Shown: one piece after another, positions 22,995 through 35,453 of the stretch
How the letters are laid out: the number at the start of each line of letters is the position of its first letter
Position numbering within the stretch: the stretch's first letter is position 1
Assembly (NCBI GenBank): GCA_001600815.1
Contig: BCKZ01000023.1
Coordinates: 1-64,000 of the forward strand
Reading direction: 5' to 3'
Length of the DNA: 64,000 nt
DNA from: Alloascoidea hylecoeti
Lineage: Eukaryota
Translations under genes and position numbers: made by a program
The notes under the pieces: model-generated
What the model was told of the DNA's origin: nothing
Databases searched by the model: none
What the model saw: only the letters and a program-made list of their open reading frames with translations

Positions 22995-23310
22995 GATAGA
23001 AGGCTATAATGTAGATAGGATACTTAAATATACTGATATTATAATTTATAGTTGAAGCAGTTAATGCACAGTACTTTTTATTAGCCCCGCGTATTTTAGA
23101 TAAGAAGAACGTTAACGGCTGAGCAGTGAATCTACACTAATTAAAGAAAACTCCGCTGGAAACCGCCGGAGATATCATTGTACACTCAGTGTGAGTCACG
23201 TGCTGATAGCGATCTTTGAGAACTTCCGACGGTCTCCAACGGTGCTGTTAAACATATAAACCGGGGAACTTCTCAGTTTCTGTCTTTTTATCTTTTTATC
23301 CTTCTATCGA

Positions 23311-23359
23311 TTTACTTATTTACTTATTTATTATTTATTATTTATTATTTATTTACTTA
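23311..23359 (+). repeat. (TTAT)n-type microsatellite directly upstream of the URC1-like ATG
   Basis: tttacttatttacttatttattatttattatttattattt... Confidence 0.7.
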
Positions 23360-23361
23360 CA

Positions 23362-24672
23362 ATGGTCCCAGTTCCAGTTCCAGTTCCAGTTGCAGCACCA
23401 ACTCCAGTCACAACGCAAAAGAAGGTTGTGCAGCCAGATATAGATATCATGAATGTCAATCAAAAAGAGATGAACCCTATTCCTCTCAATTGGGGTAACT
23501 CCGACCCACAGTCTCGTGGTCCCGTAGTCTCTTCTCCCTACAACCCAGAAAATAAATCATTTTACAGAAAAAATACAATTGGTGCCCATGCCGGATCTTA
23601 TTGCATTTATCATGCTTTAGCTGTTGCTATGAATGATGTTACGGAAAACCATAAACCTGATTTCACCAATTCAGAACCTCCTATTCAGTTTGGCCCAAAA
23701 CCACAGTGGTCTAATCCTGATAAAATTGTTTCCTTGGATCCTTTTGGTCATATGTCCCCTTGGCTATATCAAAGCTATATCGACCAAGGTATTAATGTCA
23801 GACCTACTATTGCTATTACAAAAGCCCATTTACAACTACCGGACTTGAAAGAATCTGTTGCAAAGGGAAACCTAAAAGTGGATGGTAATATAGTTATTAA
23901 TAGTGATGGAGATGTGAATGTCACCAAATTTGCAATTGAACCTGTTTGGCATTTACCTGGCATTGCAAAAAGATTAGGAATTACTGAAAAGACTCTTAGG
24001 ACGGCGTTATTTGAAGATACAGCGGGAATGTATCCTGAATTGATTAATCGTCCTGATATTAAAGTATTTTTACCTCCAATTGGTGGTGCTACTGCTTATG
24101 TTTTTGGTGACCCAGAAAAATTATCCGATCCTAGTGTTAAATTATCTGTTAGAGTTCATGACGAATGTAATGGTTCGGATGTTTTCGGTTCAGATATTTG
24201 TACATGTAGACCTTATTTAATATTTGGCATTGAAGAATCAATTAAAGAAGCACAAAATGGAGGTGTTGGATTAGTTGTTTATTTTAGAAAAGAAGGCCGA
24301 GCTTTGGGTGAAGTTACAAAATATTTGGTTTATAATGCAAGGAAAAGATTTGGTGATCATGCTTCTGATTATTTCAAAAGAACTGAATGTATTGCTGGTG
24401 TAAGGGATATGAGATTCCAACATTTAATGCCTGATGTTTTACATTACTTAGGTATTACCAAAATAGATCGAATGTTATCAATGTCAAATATGAAATATGA
24501 TGCTATTATTGATTCAGGTATTAAAATCATTAATAGGATACCAATCCCTGATGAAATGATACCTCCAGATTCAAGAGTCGAAATTGATGCTAAAATCAAT
24601 TCAGGTTATTTTACAAATGGGAAAATCTTAACTGATGAAGAATTGAAGAATGTTAAAGGTAGAAGTTGGTAA
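23362..24672 (+). CDS. URC1: GTP cyclohydrolase II-like uracil catabolism protein (Urc1/urg1 family)
   Basis: N-terminal WG..DP..RGPVV...IGAHAGSY.IY.ALAVA domain plus a GCH-II-like domain (RVHDECNGSDVFGSDICTCRPYL, RKEGRALGEVTKYLVYNARK). Confidence 0.9.
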   Translation: MVPVPVPVPVAAPTPVTTQKKVVQPDIDIMNVNQKEMNPIPLNWGNSDPQSRGPVVSSPYNPENKSFYRKNTIGAHAGSYCIYHALAVAMNDVTENHKPDFTNSEPPIQFGPKPQWSNPDKIVSLDPFGHMSPWLYQSYIDQGINVRPTIAITKAHLQLPDLKESVAKGNLKVDGNIVINSDGDVNVTKFAIEPVWHLPGIAKRLGITEKTLRTALFEDTAGMYPELINRPDIKVFLPPIGGATAYVFGDPEKLSDPSVKLSVRVHDECNGSDVFGSDICTCRPYLIFGIEESIKEAQNGGVGLVVYFRKEGRALGEVTKYLVYNARKRFGDHASDYFKRTECIAGVRDMRFQHLMPDVLHYLGITKIDRMLSMSNMKYDAIIDSGIKIINRIPIPDEMIPPDSRVEIDAKINSGYFTNGKILTDEELKNVKGRSW

Positions 24673-24949
24673 ATATTATATAATTGTGTAATTGTATCTA
24701 TATGTGAATATTCTATTTATGTGTTTGAGCATCTTTTTCAATCACCTATACCCGTAGCCATATGGCATATGGTATCAATATTACAACTATTTGTTTTTAA
24801 CCTCCTCCAAATAAAACCTATTAAATATGCCATGGAATGATTTCGAGAGTTCCACTAAGCCAAATCTTAAATAATATTATTGTAATTCTAAAAAGAAATT
24901 GAGGTTAACTAAGCGGATTGTAATCTGTGTGCATATGTATATTCCTTCA

Positions 24950-25775
24950 GCTGTAAGCTGAAATCACGATGAATTGGTTTCGTAAGAAGAAAATAAAAGT
25001 GTTGAAGTGGTCGCCATTTTTACCAGACCTGTCAATTTGAGCACATTTGGAATCTCCTCAAATAAATTCATCATAAGGCAGGAACTACGATTATGAGCCT
25101 TCCACACGATATAGAACTAAAGAAAGATCAATTATTTATGTCTCTTCTAAAATACTGAGACCAAAAAAAAAGGCTATATAACAGTCGCTGTAAATCCAGA
25201 AACGGCATTTTCAAGGGTTATACCTTTTGATATTTCCTCCTGATGCAGTGTAATACAACCCCTTCCTTAGTGAGCCAAAGCTGGAAACATCTCACACTGG
25301 AGTTTCTCAGCCAACATTCGCGGGAAAAATGAAGAGTCTGATACTAACTGTATACCTGTTTCAAAATTCTAAATATGAGAGATTCCCGATGTTGTATTAA
25401 GAGAATCTCTCTCTAAGTAATATACACCATTCGCAAAGATCTAGAATAGCAGCGAACCCATTTTAGAATCAAAAGTTGCTGAATTAGATCCCGCTATTCA
25501 AAGGCAGACACAAGCATTTGATTTTGGTCGGAGTCTTGTTTTGATTCATCATTTATCGTGGAAGTGAACGTGAAGAGTCGATTATGAGATACCAAATTTG
25601 TCGGAAACTTTCAGATATGAAATCTTGATGTGTTGTCCCTTATAAGCAACTTGCTTTAATGATAGTTCTCATTCTTTATATTGTGCGTGCCATTTTGAAT
25701 TCTGGTGGTGAGGAACTTTTGAGTTGGATTAATTTGGGAACTTTTTCATATTTTGGGGTGGTCGTCCACCAATTA
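24950..25775 (-). pseudogene. Fot1/pogo-type DNA transposase relic with an internal deletion
   Basis: Broken frames give a psq-like HTH (SYLKVSDKFGIS*STL), a CENP-B-like helix (Q.ML...E.RDLI), ILLI..., IRLFIFPAN, DVSSFGSLRK (QPLDV-like) and ITLENAVSGFTAT. Confidence 0.7.
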
Positions 25776-26486
25776 TAGATCTTCTCAATTTTAACACTAC
25801 ATTATAATAGCCGCTTTGAGAAAACATCTACATTATTCTTTGATGTTATAGTATCAATATGGTAGCTCCAACTAATCGTGGTATAATGAAGTTTTGGGGT
25901 TTATAAATGGATCTACTGAGATCAATGCGCTAAGGTATAGAAAATTTCCAACAGTCCATTTACAATAATATATCTTTGTTGTTGGTTTTGTAATTCAAGG
26001 TTGCAACAGAACAATGTTGTGGCATCTGAGTTCTATGCAGGTGAAGTTATAGGGTTAAAGGCACCAACACCAAATATTAACATATAGGCCTACAAATATT
26101 AAGGAACCTTGGGAAGTATTTTAAGAACCGTTTAAGGCCTTGTAGAATATTGTGTGACTGGTTATAATGCAATTTTTATTTGGAGTGGTAAGGGTAAGGA
26201 TATACTGGTATCCAAAAAAAGGTTAGCAGTTTATGATTAAAGTCAGGACTGTGCATTCTGTAGGTTCCTGTTTCTGTCTCTGATTATTGATATAAGAGCT
26301 TAGAAATCCAAAATAGCCAACAGTTCATCCTTAGGTGATTCCCATAATGTCCTTTGAGCCATCAATACATGTATGTTACCCGGATGTTGCACTATTATTA
26401 ACCCAGGGACACCCGTACACCTGTTTTCCGGCCACATTATATTTATATAGAAATTGGAACTTCTTCAATTGATATCTGATTTCTCC

Positions 26487-29400
26487 ATGTCTACGCACAA
26501 CCCTCCTGTGCCTCCCAAAGACACCCCTCCATCCCCCACCGAGGATGCCACGGGCCCACCTGCCGCCCCATCATCCGACTCGGTCCCGGTGGAACCCGTA
26601 CACGAGGAGTCTCCCATTCCCGATCCTCCTTCAGATCCCCCGAAACACCTTAGTGGAGATCCCGAACAGACCACCGTGGAGTCTTCGGAAATTATCGAAA
26701 AAGCTCCTCAAAATCATACTGATGACTCAACGTCACCTGAATCGGATATAAAAAAACACCTTCCAGATCCAATTGATACCTCAATTGCAAACAAACCTCT
26801 AGAAGTCGAACCGGAACCAGAGCGGGACCAAATAGCCAATGAACACTCTAATGAACAATCTGCTCCTTCAACTCCTTCTGTGCTATCTGTCCCAAATACT
26901 CCTTCAACTTCAACTCAACATCACCATAGAGCTTTTTCAAACGCCACTACAATTAGTACTCTAAGCAAATCTGACTCCTTTTCAGTTGTTTTTATTAAAA
27001 AAACAATGGAGGCAATAAATAAAAGTAAAGAGGCTAAAAAACATCTTCCTTTATTTAATGCTTCTAAAAAGGCTTTGGGTATGTTTGTTTTTTAGATTTA
27101 TGATGATATTTATATATAACATGCTAACTAAATTAAAGATAAACTAAATGAAGATCTAACCACTTTACCTCAACCTCAAATCGTTCTTGAACCTTTGAAA
27201 ATTGTCTGTCAATCCAACAATAATTTATTGAAAGTTCTTGCCTTAGATTGTATATCAAAGCTTTGTGCTTCAAATTATTTTGAAGACCCACCAATTGATG
27301 AAAATAATAATAAACCCGATGATGGAATAACACCACCCCCAAAACAACCATTAATTGATAATGTTATCACAATTGTATGTGATTGTTTTATTGGTGAATC
27401 AACTGATGAAAAAGTTGAATTACAAGTAGTTAAAGCTCTAATGGCTGGAATTTTAAATGATAAAATAATTGTTCATGGTGCAAGTTTATTAAAAGCTATT
27501 CGACAAATTTATAATATTTTTATATTATCTTTTTCAAATTCAAATCAAATAACTGCTCAAGCAAGTTTAACACAAATTATAAACGCTATCTTTGATAGAG
27601 TTAAATTAAATGATAAAAGAAAATCAAGTGCGAGTATTATAACAAATAATACAGTCGTTGGAGGCGTACCTCCAAATATAAATGAGGTTGATGTTACTAT
27701 TGATACAAATTCTGAAAAAGGAAAATTAACTTTGAAAAATTTTGAAAATATTAATGATGATGAAGATGATTTAACAAAACCTATAATAAATACAATTGAT
27801 GAAACCTCCAAAACTAATACTACTAATAATCAAAATACTACTGATAATAAAGAAATTGTCATTATTGGGGAAAATGACATTTTCACAAAAGATGCATTTT
27901 TAGTTTTCAGAACAATGTGTAAGTTATCGGTTAAACCTCTTGAAAGTGATACTGATATGAAATCACACCCAATGAGATCAAAATTGTTATCATTGCACAT
28001 GATTCATTCAATCTTAAAATCACACATGTCTGTTTTCTTATCACAAAAAACAGTTATTAATCAACAAAGTAGTAATAATGTTAACTCAAATTCCTACACT
28101 ACTGTATTTGTTGATGCTATACGACAATATTTATGTTTATCATTATCAAGAAATGCAGCAAGTATTGTACCCCCTGTTTTTGAAATATCTTCAGAAATTT
28201 TTTGGTTACTAATGTCAAATTTAAGAAGTCAATTTAAAAGAGAATTGGAAGTTTTTTTAAGAGAAATTTATTTCCCAATTGCAGAAATGAAAACATCAAC
28301 TTCTCATCAAAAAAGATATTTTTTATCAATAATTCAAAGATTATCTAATGATCCAAGAGCATTAATTGAAATTTATTTAAATTACGATTGTGATTCTAAT
28401 TTAGAAAATATTTTTGAAAGATTGATTAATTACTTATCTAAAATTTCAACAACTTTTGTTAGTTTAACTCCATCTCAACAAATTTACTATAAAGAATCTT
28501 TAAAAAAACCTTTAGCTTCTTATAATCTATTATCTTTACCAGCTATTGCTATTTCAAATGCAACTATTCAAGCCCAAGCTGCTGCTCATCATCATGATTT
28601 ATTCCCCGTTGAATATGCTTTAAAAATAACAGCCTCCAAATGTATTACTGGTGTATTAAGATCTTTATTCACTTGGTCTCAAAAAGGTGTTACCTTAGAA
28701 AATGGTAAAGTTTTGGAATCCTCCCTATCATATTCTGTTGGTCGAACAAGATCAAGCACTATTGGTAGTAATACGATACCACCTTCAAGTCCTACATTTA
28801 GTACCCCTGTTGTTGGATCATCATCTGCCTCTTTAATTGATTCAGATGATCCATCACAATTCTCTTCACTAAAACAAAGAAAAACAGCTTTATCAGATGG
28901 TATCAAATTATTCAATTATAGTCCTAAAAAAGGTATTGAAAATTTAATTAAAAATGGATTTATTGAATCAAGTGAATCAATTGATATTGCAAGATTCTTA
29001 CTTTCAACAGATGGTTTAAATAAATCTCAAATTGGTGAATATTTAGGCGGTAAACATGAAAAAGAAATAGCAATCATGCATGCATTTGTAGATTTATTAG
29101 ATTTTACAAGTATGGATTTTGTTGCTGCAATGAGAAAATTCTTACAATCATTTAGATTACCGGGTGAATCACAACAAATCGATAGATTTATGTTAAAATT
29201 TGCTGAAAAATATGTTTCTGGTAATCCAAATATTTTTGCAAATGCTGATACTGCATATGTTTTAGCATATTCTGTAATTATGTTAAATACTGATCAACAT
29301 TCACCACAAGTTAAAAATAGAATGACAATTGAAGAATTTATTAAAAATAATAGAGGCATTAATGAAAATCAAGATTTACCAACTGAATTTTTAATTAAAA

Positions 29401-32400
29401 TTTATGAAGATATTCAGAATGATGAAATTAAATTACAATCTGAACAAGAAGCTGCATTAATTGCTGGTGATTTATTTGATAGTAATATAGGATTTTCACC
29501 TTTATTTTCAAATAGAGACCCACAAAGGGAAGCTTATGTTTTAGCTTCAAAAGAAATGTCTTCAAAAACAGAAAAATTAGTAAGAAATTTAAGTAAAATT
29601 TCAAAATTTAATAATAATACTAATAATAGTAATAATACTAATGGTACTACGAAAAAAACAGTATTTTATTATGCTTCTCATGTTGAACATGTTAAATCGA
29701 TTTTTGAATCTTTATGGATGTCATTTTTAGCAGCTGTTACAGGACCATTTCAAGATTATGATGATAAAGAGATAATTGATAATTGTTCGGAAGGTATTAA
29801 ATTATCAATTAAAATTGCTTGTTTTTTTGATATTGAACTAGCAAGAGTTTCATTTATTGGTACATTATGTAGATTTACAAGTTTATTAAATTTACATGAA
29901 ATGAAATGGAAACATTTAACTGCAATTAAATTATTATTGGAATTAGCTTTATCTGAAGGAAATTCTTTAAAATCATCATGGAAAGACATACTTACTTGCA
30001 TTAGTCAATTAGAAAGATTTCAATTAATTGGGTCAGGTATTGAAGCAGGTTCTATACCAGACGTTTTAAATGCTAGAATTGCTAGCCCAACACATAGTAG
30101 GGCATCAACAGAAAGTCACCATCCATTGAATTTCTTATCATTTGGTAGCAGTAATAACAATCCAACATATTATAATCAGCAAGCAATTTCTCAGAATTTT
30201 GATTTAGATGTTGCAGATGCTGCTAGAAGTTCGGAAATTACAATTGCAATGGATAAGATTTTTACACAAAGTGCACAACTTTCTGGTGATGCGATTTTAG
30301 ATTTTGTTAAAGCTTTGACTGCTGTTGCATCAGAAGAAAGTGAATCCTCAAAACAAAGCGAGAATCCAAGAACATTTGCAATTCAAAAGATGGTTGATAT
30401 TTGTTATTATAATATGGAACGTATTAGAGTTCAATGGTTAAATCTCTGGTTAATAATGGGTGAACAGTTCAACAAAGTACTTTGTCATCCAAATAATAAT
30501 ATTGTTTTCTTTGCTTTAGATTCTTTAAGACAATTATCTGTTCGATTTTTTGAGATTGAAGAATTAGCACATTTTAAATTTCAAAAAGAATTCTTAAAAC
30601 CCTTTGATTATGCGATTACACATAATCCAAATGAATCTGTTAAAGAAATGGTAATTGATATGCTTGAAAATATGGTTCAACAAAAGGCAAAACAAATCAA
30701 ATCTGGCTGGAGAACATTATTTAGTACATTAGCTCACGGAGCAAAAGATTCAAATGAAAAAATTGTTCGTAAAAGTTATGAATTAACTCATAAAATTGTT
30801 CAAAAACATTTTGATTTCGTTTATTCACAAGGTGCTTTTTCTGATGTCGTTGTATGTTTTACAGATCTAGCTAAAAATGAAAAGTTTCAAAGAATTAGTT
30901 TGCATGCTTTGGAAATTTTAAGAAATTTAATTAAACAAGTTGCAAACATTAGTTTTGGTTCAAATGATGACACAAAACTTGGAGTTCATGTTGTTCTAAA
31001 GTTGAATAATAATGATATACCAACTACTGATGTTAGTGATATTAACGCTACTACACTAGCGACACCAGCACCAGCAGCTGAAGAAGATGATGTTTTAGTA
31101 AAATTATGGTTCCCAATATTATTTGCTTTCCATGATGTTATCATGAATGGAGAAGATTTAGAAGTTCGATCAAGAGCATTAAATTATTTATTTGATACGT
31201 TGGTACAATATGGTGGTAGATTTGAACCCGAGTTTTGGGATATGATTTGTAAACAATTACTATTCCCAATATTTACAGTTCTTCGTTCAAGATGGGAAAT
31301 CAATCAATTTAATAGTCACGATGATTCATCAGTTTGGTTATCAACAACATTAATACAAGCATTAAGAAATACAATTGGATTATTTTCACATTATTTTGAA
31401 ACCTTAAGTCGAATGTTAGATGGATTTTTAGATTTATTAGTTACTTGTATTTGTCAAGAAAATGATACAATTGCAAGAATTGGTAGATCCTGTCTACAAC
31501 AATTAATTACACAGAACCAAGATAAATTTAATAATGAGCAATGGAGTAAAATTACAACAGCTTTTGAAACTTTATTTGAATTAACTACGGCTTATGAATT
31601 ATTTGGCGATGATAATAGAAAATTGTCATCGAAGGTCAATATTAAAAAGGTTAGAAGCATTGGGGAGAAAATTGAGGGACTAGATATGAGTAATGAAAAT
31701 AATATAATGGAAGAAGAAGAAAAAATTGAACATTCAGAAGTCGCGACGAATTTATTCAAAACAGCCGACGAATATTTGGACGATACAAGAGATGAAGCGA
31801 CAAAAAAGAAAGATAGAAGTCGAGCTATTGTTGTTAAATGTGTTTTACAGTTACTGATGATTGAAAGTTTATCTGAATTATTCGCAGATGACAGTATTTA
31901 TAAATTAGTCCCTGTTGACAATTTAATAAGATTGGCAAACTTACTAGAAAGGAGTTATACATTTTCAAGAGATTTCAATGATAATAAGGAGTTACGAATA
32001 AAACTTTGGCAGGAAGGGTTTATGAAGCAATTACCCAATCTTTTAAAGCAAGAAACGAGTTCGGTAGCCGTTTATTTCGGTATTACATTTAAATTATATG
32101 GAGATACAGATAAAACAAGAGTTGAACAACGGGTGATTATTAGAGATCAATTAATACCCCTTTGTGTTACGATTATAAAGAGATTTGTTCAATTAGATGA
32201 AGACACTCAGCAACGAAATATTAATACTTGGCGGCCAGTTGTTGTTGAGATTCTTCAGGGATATTCTAAGCTAGGTCGTGAGGATTTTAGTAAAAATGCA
32301 AAAGAAATCTATGGATTGGTATTAAAGATTTTAGAAAAAAATGTTCCTAATGATTTGAGATTATCAGTTCATTCATTTCTATCAAGGGCAGGCGATATAT

Positions 32401-32414
32401 TCCTTGAAAGTTAA
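26487..32414 (+). CDS. SEC7: Arf-GEF Sec7; intron 27079-27138
   Basis: DCB/HUS (YLNYDCD), Sec7 domain (FRLPGESQQIDRFM) and HDS domains. Intron GTATGT..TGCTAAC..AAG joins the two ORFs in frame. Confidence 0.98.
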
Positions 32415-32964
32415 AATTGATTTATTATTGTAAGTATTTTTAAAAGATTTAATATTTCCTTTTTGTAATTACTTAACAAATCCATGTGCACGTGAAGCAA
32501 TTATTCATATTCACGTCAAAAAGAGAAGTTAATAATACGGAATCTGACGTCATTACCATACATTTTCATTAGATTAAATTAAAATAAATATTTTATAATT
32601 AAATGTCAAACAAATTGTGCTTTTCTTTATTCATTCCGTTTCTTTGTTTTTATGTCTTTCATTGTTTTAAAGTCAGCATTTATTTCCATTTCCGTTTCCG
32701 TTTCCATTTCATTATGATTTATTTTCATTTCGATTGCTGTAGTTTTTCAACTGAAATTTCATAATTTCAGCTGCATAATAATATTTCAGTCAAAACCCTA
32801 AACCATACAATACTAATAATACCCCGTGCATACTATATTATAAACACCACAAAAACAAAAGCAAGGTTAAAGATAAAGATTATAAAAACAAAGATAAAGA
32901 TAAAAAAAAAACCAAACATTAAGATATATAAAAATGGAAAGAAATAAATAATTAAAAAGAAATA

Positions 32965-34068
32965 TTAAACGGATTTTAAATTAACCAATGCATAAACTGC
33001 ATCTTGCTCCATTGAGACATCACCGTCATTACTATCATTGTCATGAAAATTGTTATTATTAGCATTACGGTTGTTAAAACTGAAACCATTACTGTTATTT
33101 GAAGCTAGACTCTGAGAAAGAGAAAAACTTTCAGGGCTTGTGAGACCTTTAAAATTCCGGTTATTCCTATAATTCGGTAATGATGCGCCACATGGAATTG
33201 AAAGTGGTTTTGGTGCTTTTATGCTCGGTATACTCGGTGAGCTTAAATAAGATGAGGCCGGTGTATCTTCAGATTCCCCTAAGCCTGTAGAAACGTTATT
33301 TGTAGTATTGTTTGTATTTGTATTGTTTGTAAATGTTGAGTTTAAAAACCCTGCTGTTTTTGAAGTATTTGAGAATGAGCTGCTACGAATGTAGCTATTA
33401 CTAAAACCAAATGATTGTGAATGAGGCCGATAGTTTGTATCCATATAATCATCATTATTATTATTATTATTATGATCCGTGTTAGTATGGTCATGCTCAA
33501 ATTCAAATAAATCGCTTTCTGGTCTAGAGTGAGTCTCATTGTGGAACATCATATCATCATCAGCCATAAGAATGTCATCATCATCAGATTCGATAGCAGA
33601 TTCAGGGACTTGCTCCATATAACCAAGCGAAGGTGATATTGTATTTTGAATAGCTGGTAGAGTATTAGAATTTCTTGAATTTAAAATATTTATTGATGGG
33701 ACAGTTGGTAAAGATTTAGATTGTTGTGGTTGAAATGAGGAGGTAAATGCAGTTTCCCGATGTTGCTGCTGTTTAAGATCAACACTTTTTGCCTTCCATT
33801 GACCCCAGCCAACCTTTTCAAAAACGATTCCATTTTCTACATCACCAGTTTCTAAAGCCGAAATAATTAATCTTCTCTGTTTTGAAAGTGATAAATTGGC
33901 AAATCCTGGAATGGCAACTGACAGATGCCCTGTTATATGCCGGATAGCCAAGGGGCCTTCAGACATTAAAAGTGCAGCTATTCTTTCAGGTGTGACTGCC
34001 GAGGCTGCCTGGATGCCCATTGGTGAAGTTGTTGATAACAACGAGGTCGTGGAATGTGGTTGTGCCAT
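32965..34068 (-). CDS. STB3: Sin3-binding/RRPE-binding protein
   Basis: Signature TPERIA.LL..GPLAIRHI...F.NLS.SKQRRLI..A...FEKVGWGQW. Confidence 0.85.
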   Translation of the reverse strand: MAQPHSTTSLLSTTSPMGIQAASAVTPERIAALLMSEGPLAIRHITGHLSVAIPGFANLSLSKQRRLIISALETGDVENGIVFEKVGWGQWKAKSVDLKQQQHRETAFTSSFQPQQSKSLPTVPSINILNSRNSNTLPAIQNTISPSLGYMEQVPESAIESDDDDILMADDDMMFHNETHSRPESDLFEFEHDHTNTDHNNNNNNDDYMDTNYRPHSQSFGFSNSYIRSSSFSNTSKTAGFLNSTFTNNTNTNNTTNNVSTGLGESEDTPASSYLSSPSIPSIKAPKPLSIPCGASLPNYRNNRNFKGLTSPESFSLSQSLASNNSNGFSFNNRNANNNNFHDNDSNDGDVSMEQDAVYALVNLKSV

Positions 34069-34235
34069 TGATTTTGGAGTTAAAGGAGTACTATGAAGAA
34101 AGAAAGGTCCGGTCAAAAAGAATAAATGACTTATCATATCACGTGGATCGATCGCGTATACTTAAATCTAAAATGATTATTTCATAATGAAATATTAGAT
34201 ATATAGTTATATTTTTAAATTTATATATGTTATTC

Positions 34236-35069
34236 TTAGTTCACTTTCTGGACATCAATAGGTCTTCCCAAATATTGTCTAATAAATCTTTTAAAAGAAA
34301 TCCAACCTTGTTTAACACCATTTGGTACATTAGGATGGGCAACCAATCCATCAACTCTTACTTCCCAAACTTTCAAAGTATTTCTTGTGAAGTTAGATTT
34401 CTCGTATCTTAATTTAATGAAAACAACGTAAGTTAAAAAAACAAATAATGCTTTTAATTGGAATGTTAGGAAAACCTGTAGGAATAAGTATAATAATAAT
34501 ATGAGCTCAAAATTTGCAGCAATTGCAATTGATTTATCATTAAATCTCCTTACAAAAGAACCAATTGAAACTGATATATTATGTTGAGCAGAGTAACCAA
34601 GTGCTGGAAATAGATAAGCTCTTGAATAAGTTAAGGTGTGAAAAATTGAAAATATAGCAAAAGGTACAATTGTTATTGTAACTCTTTTATAAAATAACCA
34701 AAGAAATGCAATTAATAGATATTGAACATTATCATCTCCTAATAAAATCACTGGATTAAAACTTTTATGTTTATAGGTTTGAAAAATTATAATCCCAAAA
34801 GATTCAATAACTGCAGCATATATTAACCTATACCAAAAATTTGCTGCTCGACCACCACTTCTAAAAGTAATTAAATACAAAAAAAAACCAAGTAGGACGA
34901 ACACATGGCCAGCAAACCAGGAAAATTGGATTGTTTTAGCAAGAGCAATGAGGTTTGCTTTGATATCGACTGGGCCTGAGGCACTTGAAGTTGAACCAGA
35001 TTGAGAAGAGGTTGATGCCGAGTGTTTGCTTGGTGGCGGACCAGATCGGGACGATGAATTGGATGACAT
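34236..35069 (-). CDS. POM33: TMEM33-family nuclear pore/ER membrane protein (Pom33/Per33)
   Basis: QFSWFAGH, DDNVQYL, PF.IFS.FH.LTY and FIKLRYE motifs. Confidence 0.85.
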   Translation of the reverse strand: MSSNSSSRSGPPPSKHSASTSSQSGSTSSASGPVDIKANLIALAKTIQFSWFAGHVFVLLGFFLYLITFRSGGRAANFWYRLIYAAVIESFGIIIFQTYKHKSFNPVILLGDDNVQYLLIAFLWLFYKRVTITIVPFAIFSIFHTLTYSRAYLFPALGYSAQHNISVSIGSFVRRFNDKSIAIAANFELILLLYLFLQVFLTFQLKALFVFLTYVVFIKLRYEKSNFTRNTLKVWEVRVDGLVAHPNVPNGVKQGWISFKRFIRQYLGRPIDVQKVN

Positions 35070-35453
35070 TAATATTACCGTAGTTTTTACTTTTTCAGGT
35101 TTCAGCAGAACAATTCAATTGAAATGGTGGATTCCAAAAATGTCGCGAAGATATGTGAAAGGGAAAAGGTGGTAAGGGAAGATTGCTGGCGTGTGAGTGA
35201 GAAGGTGACAAAAAAGAAGATCACACTAGTCTGATGTACGGAGGAACGTATATGTAGTAAACAAAGTTTGTCGGCATGCGCTAAATTTCTTATCTCCAGG
35301 AGTGCCAAACTACTTATCTTCCCAAGTGTCAATTACAAATTTATTTTTATTACAATAATTAATTAGTATATACACTATATCAGTATCGGTAACATCAGAA
35401 ATCAAACAATTATATACATATATAGAATAATTATATTAGTCTCATTAAATAGG

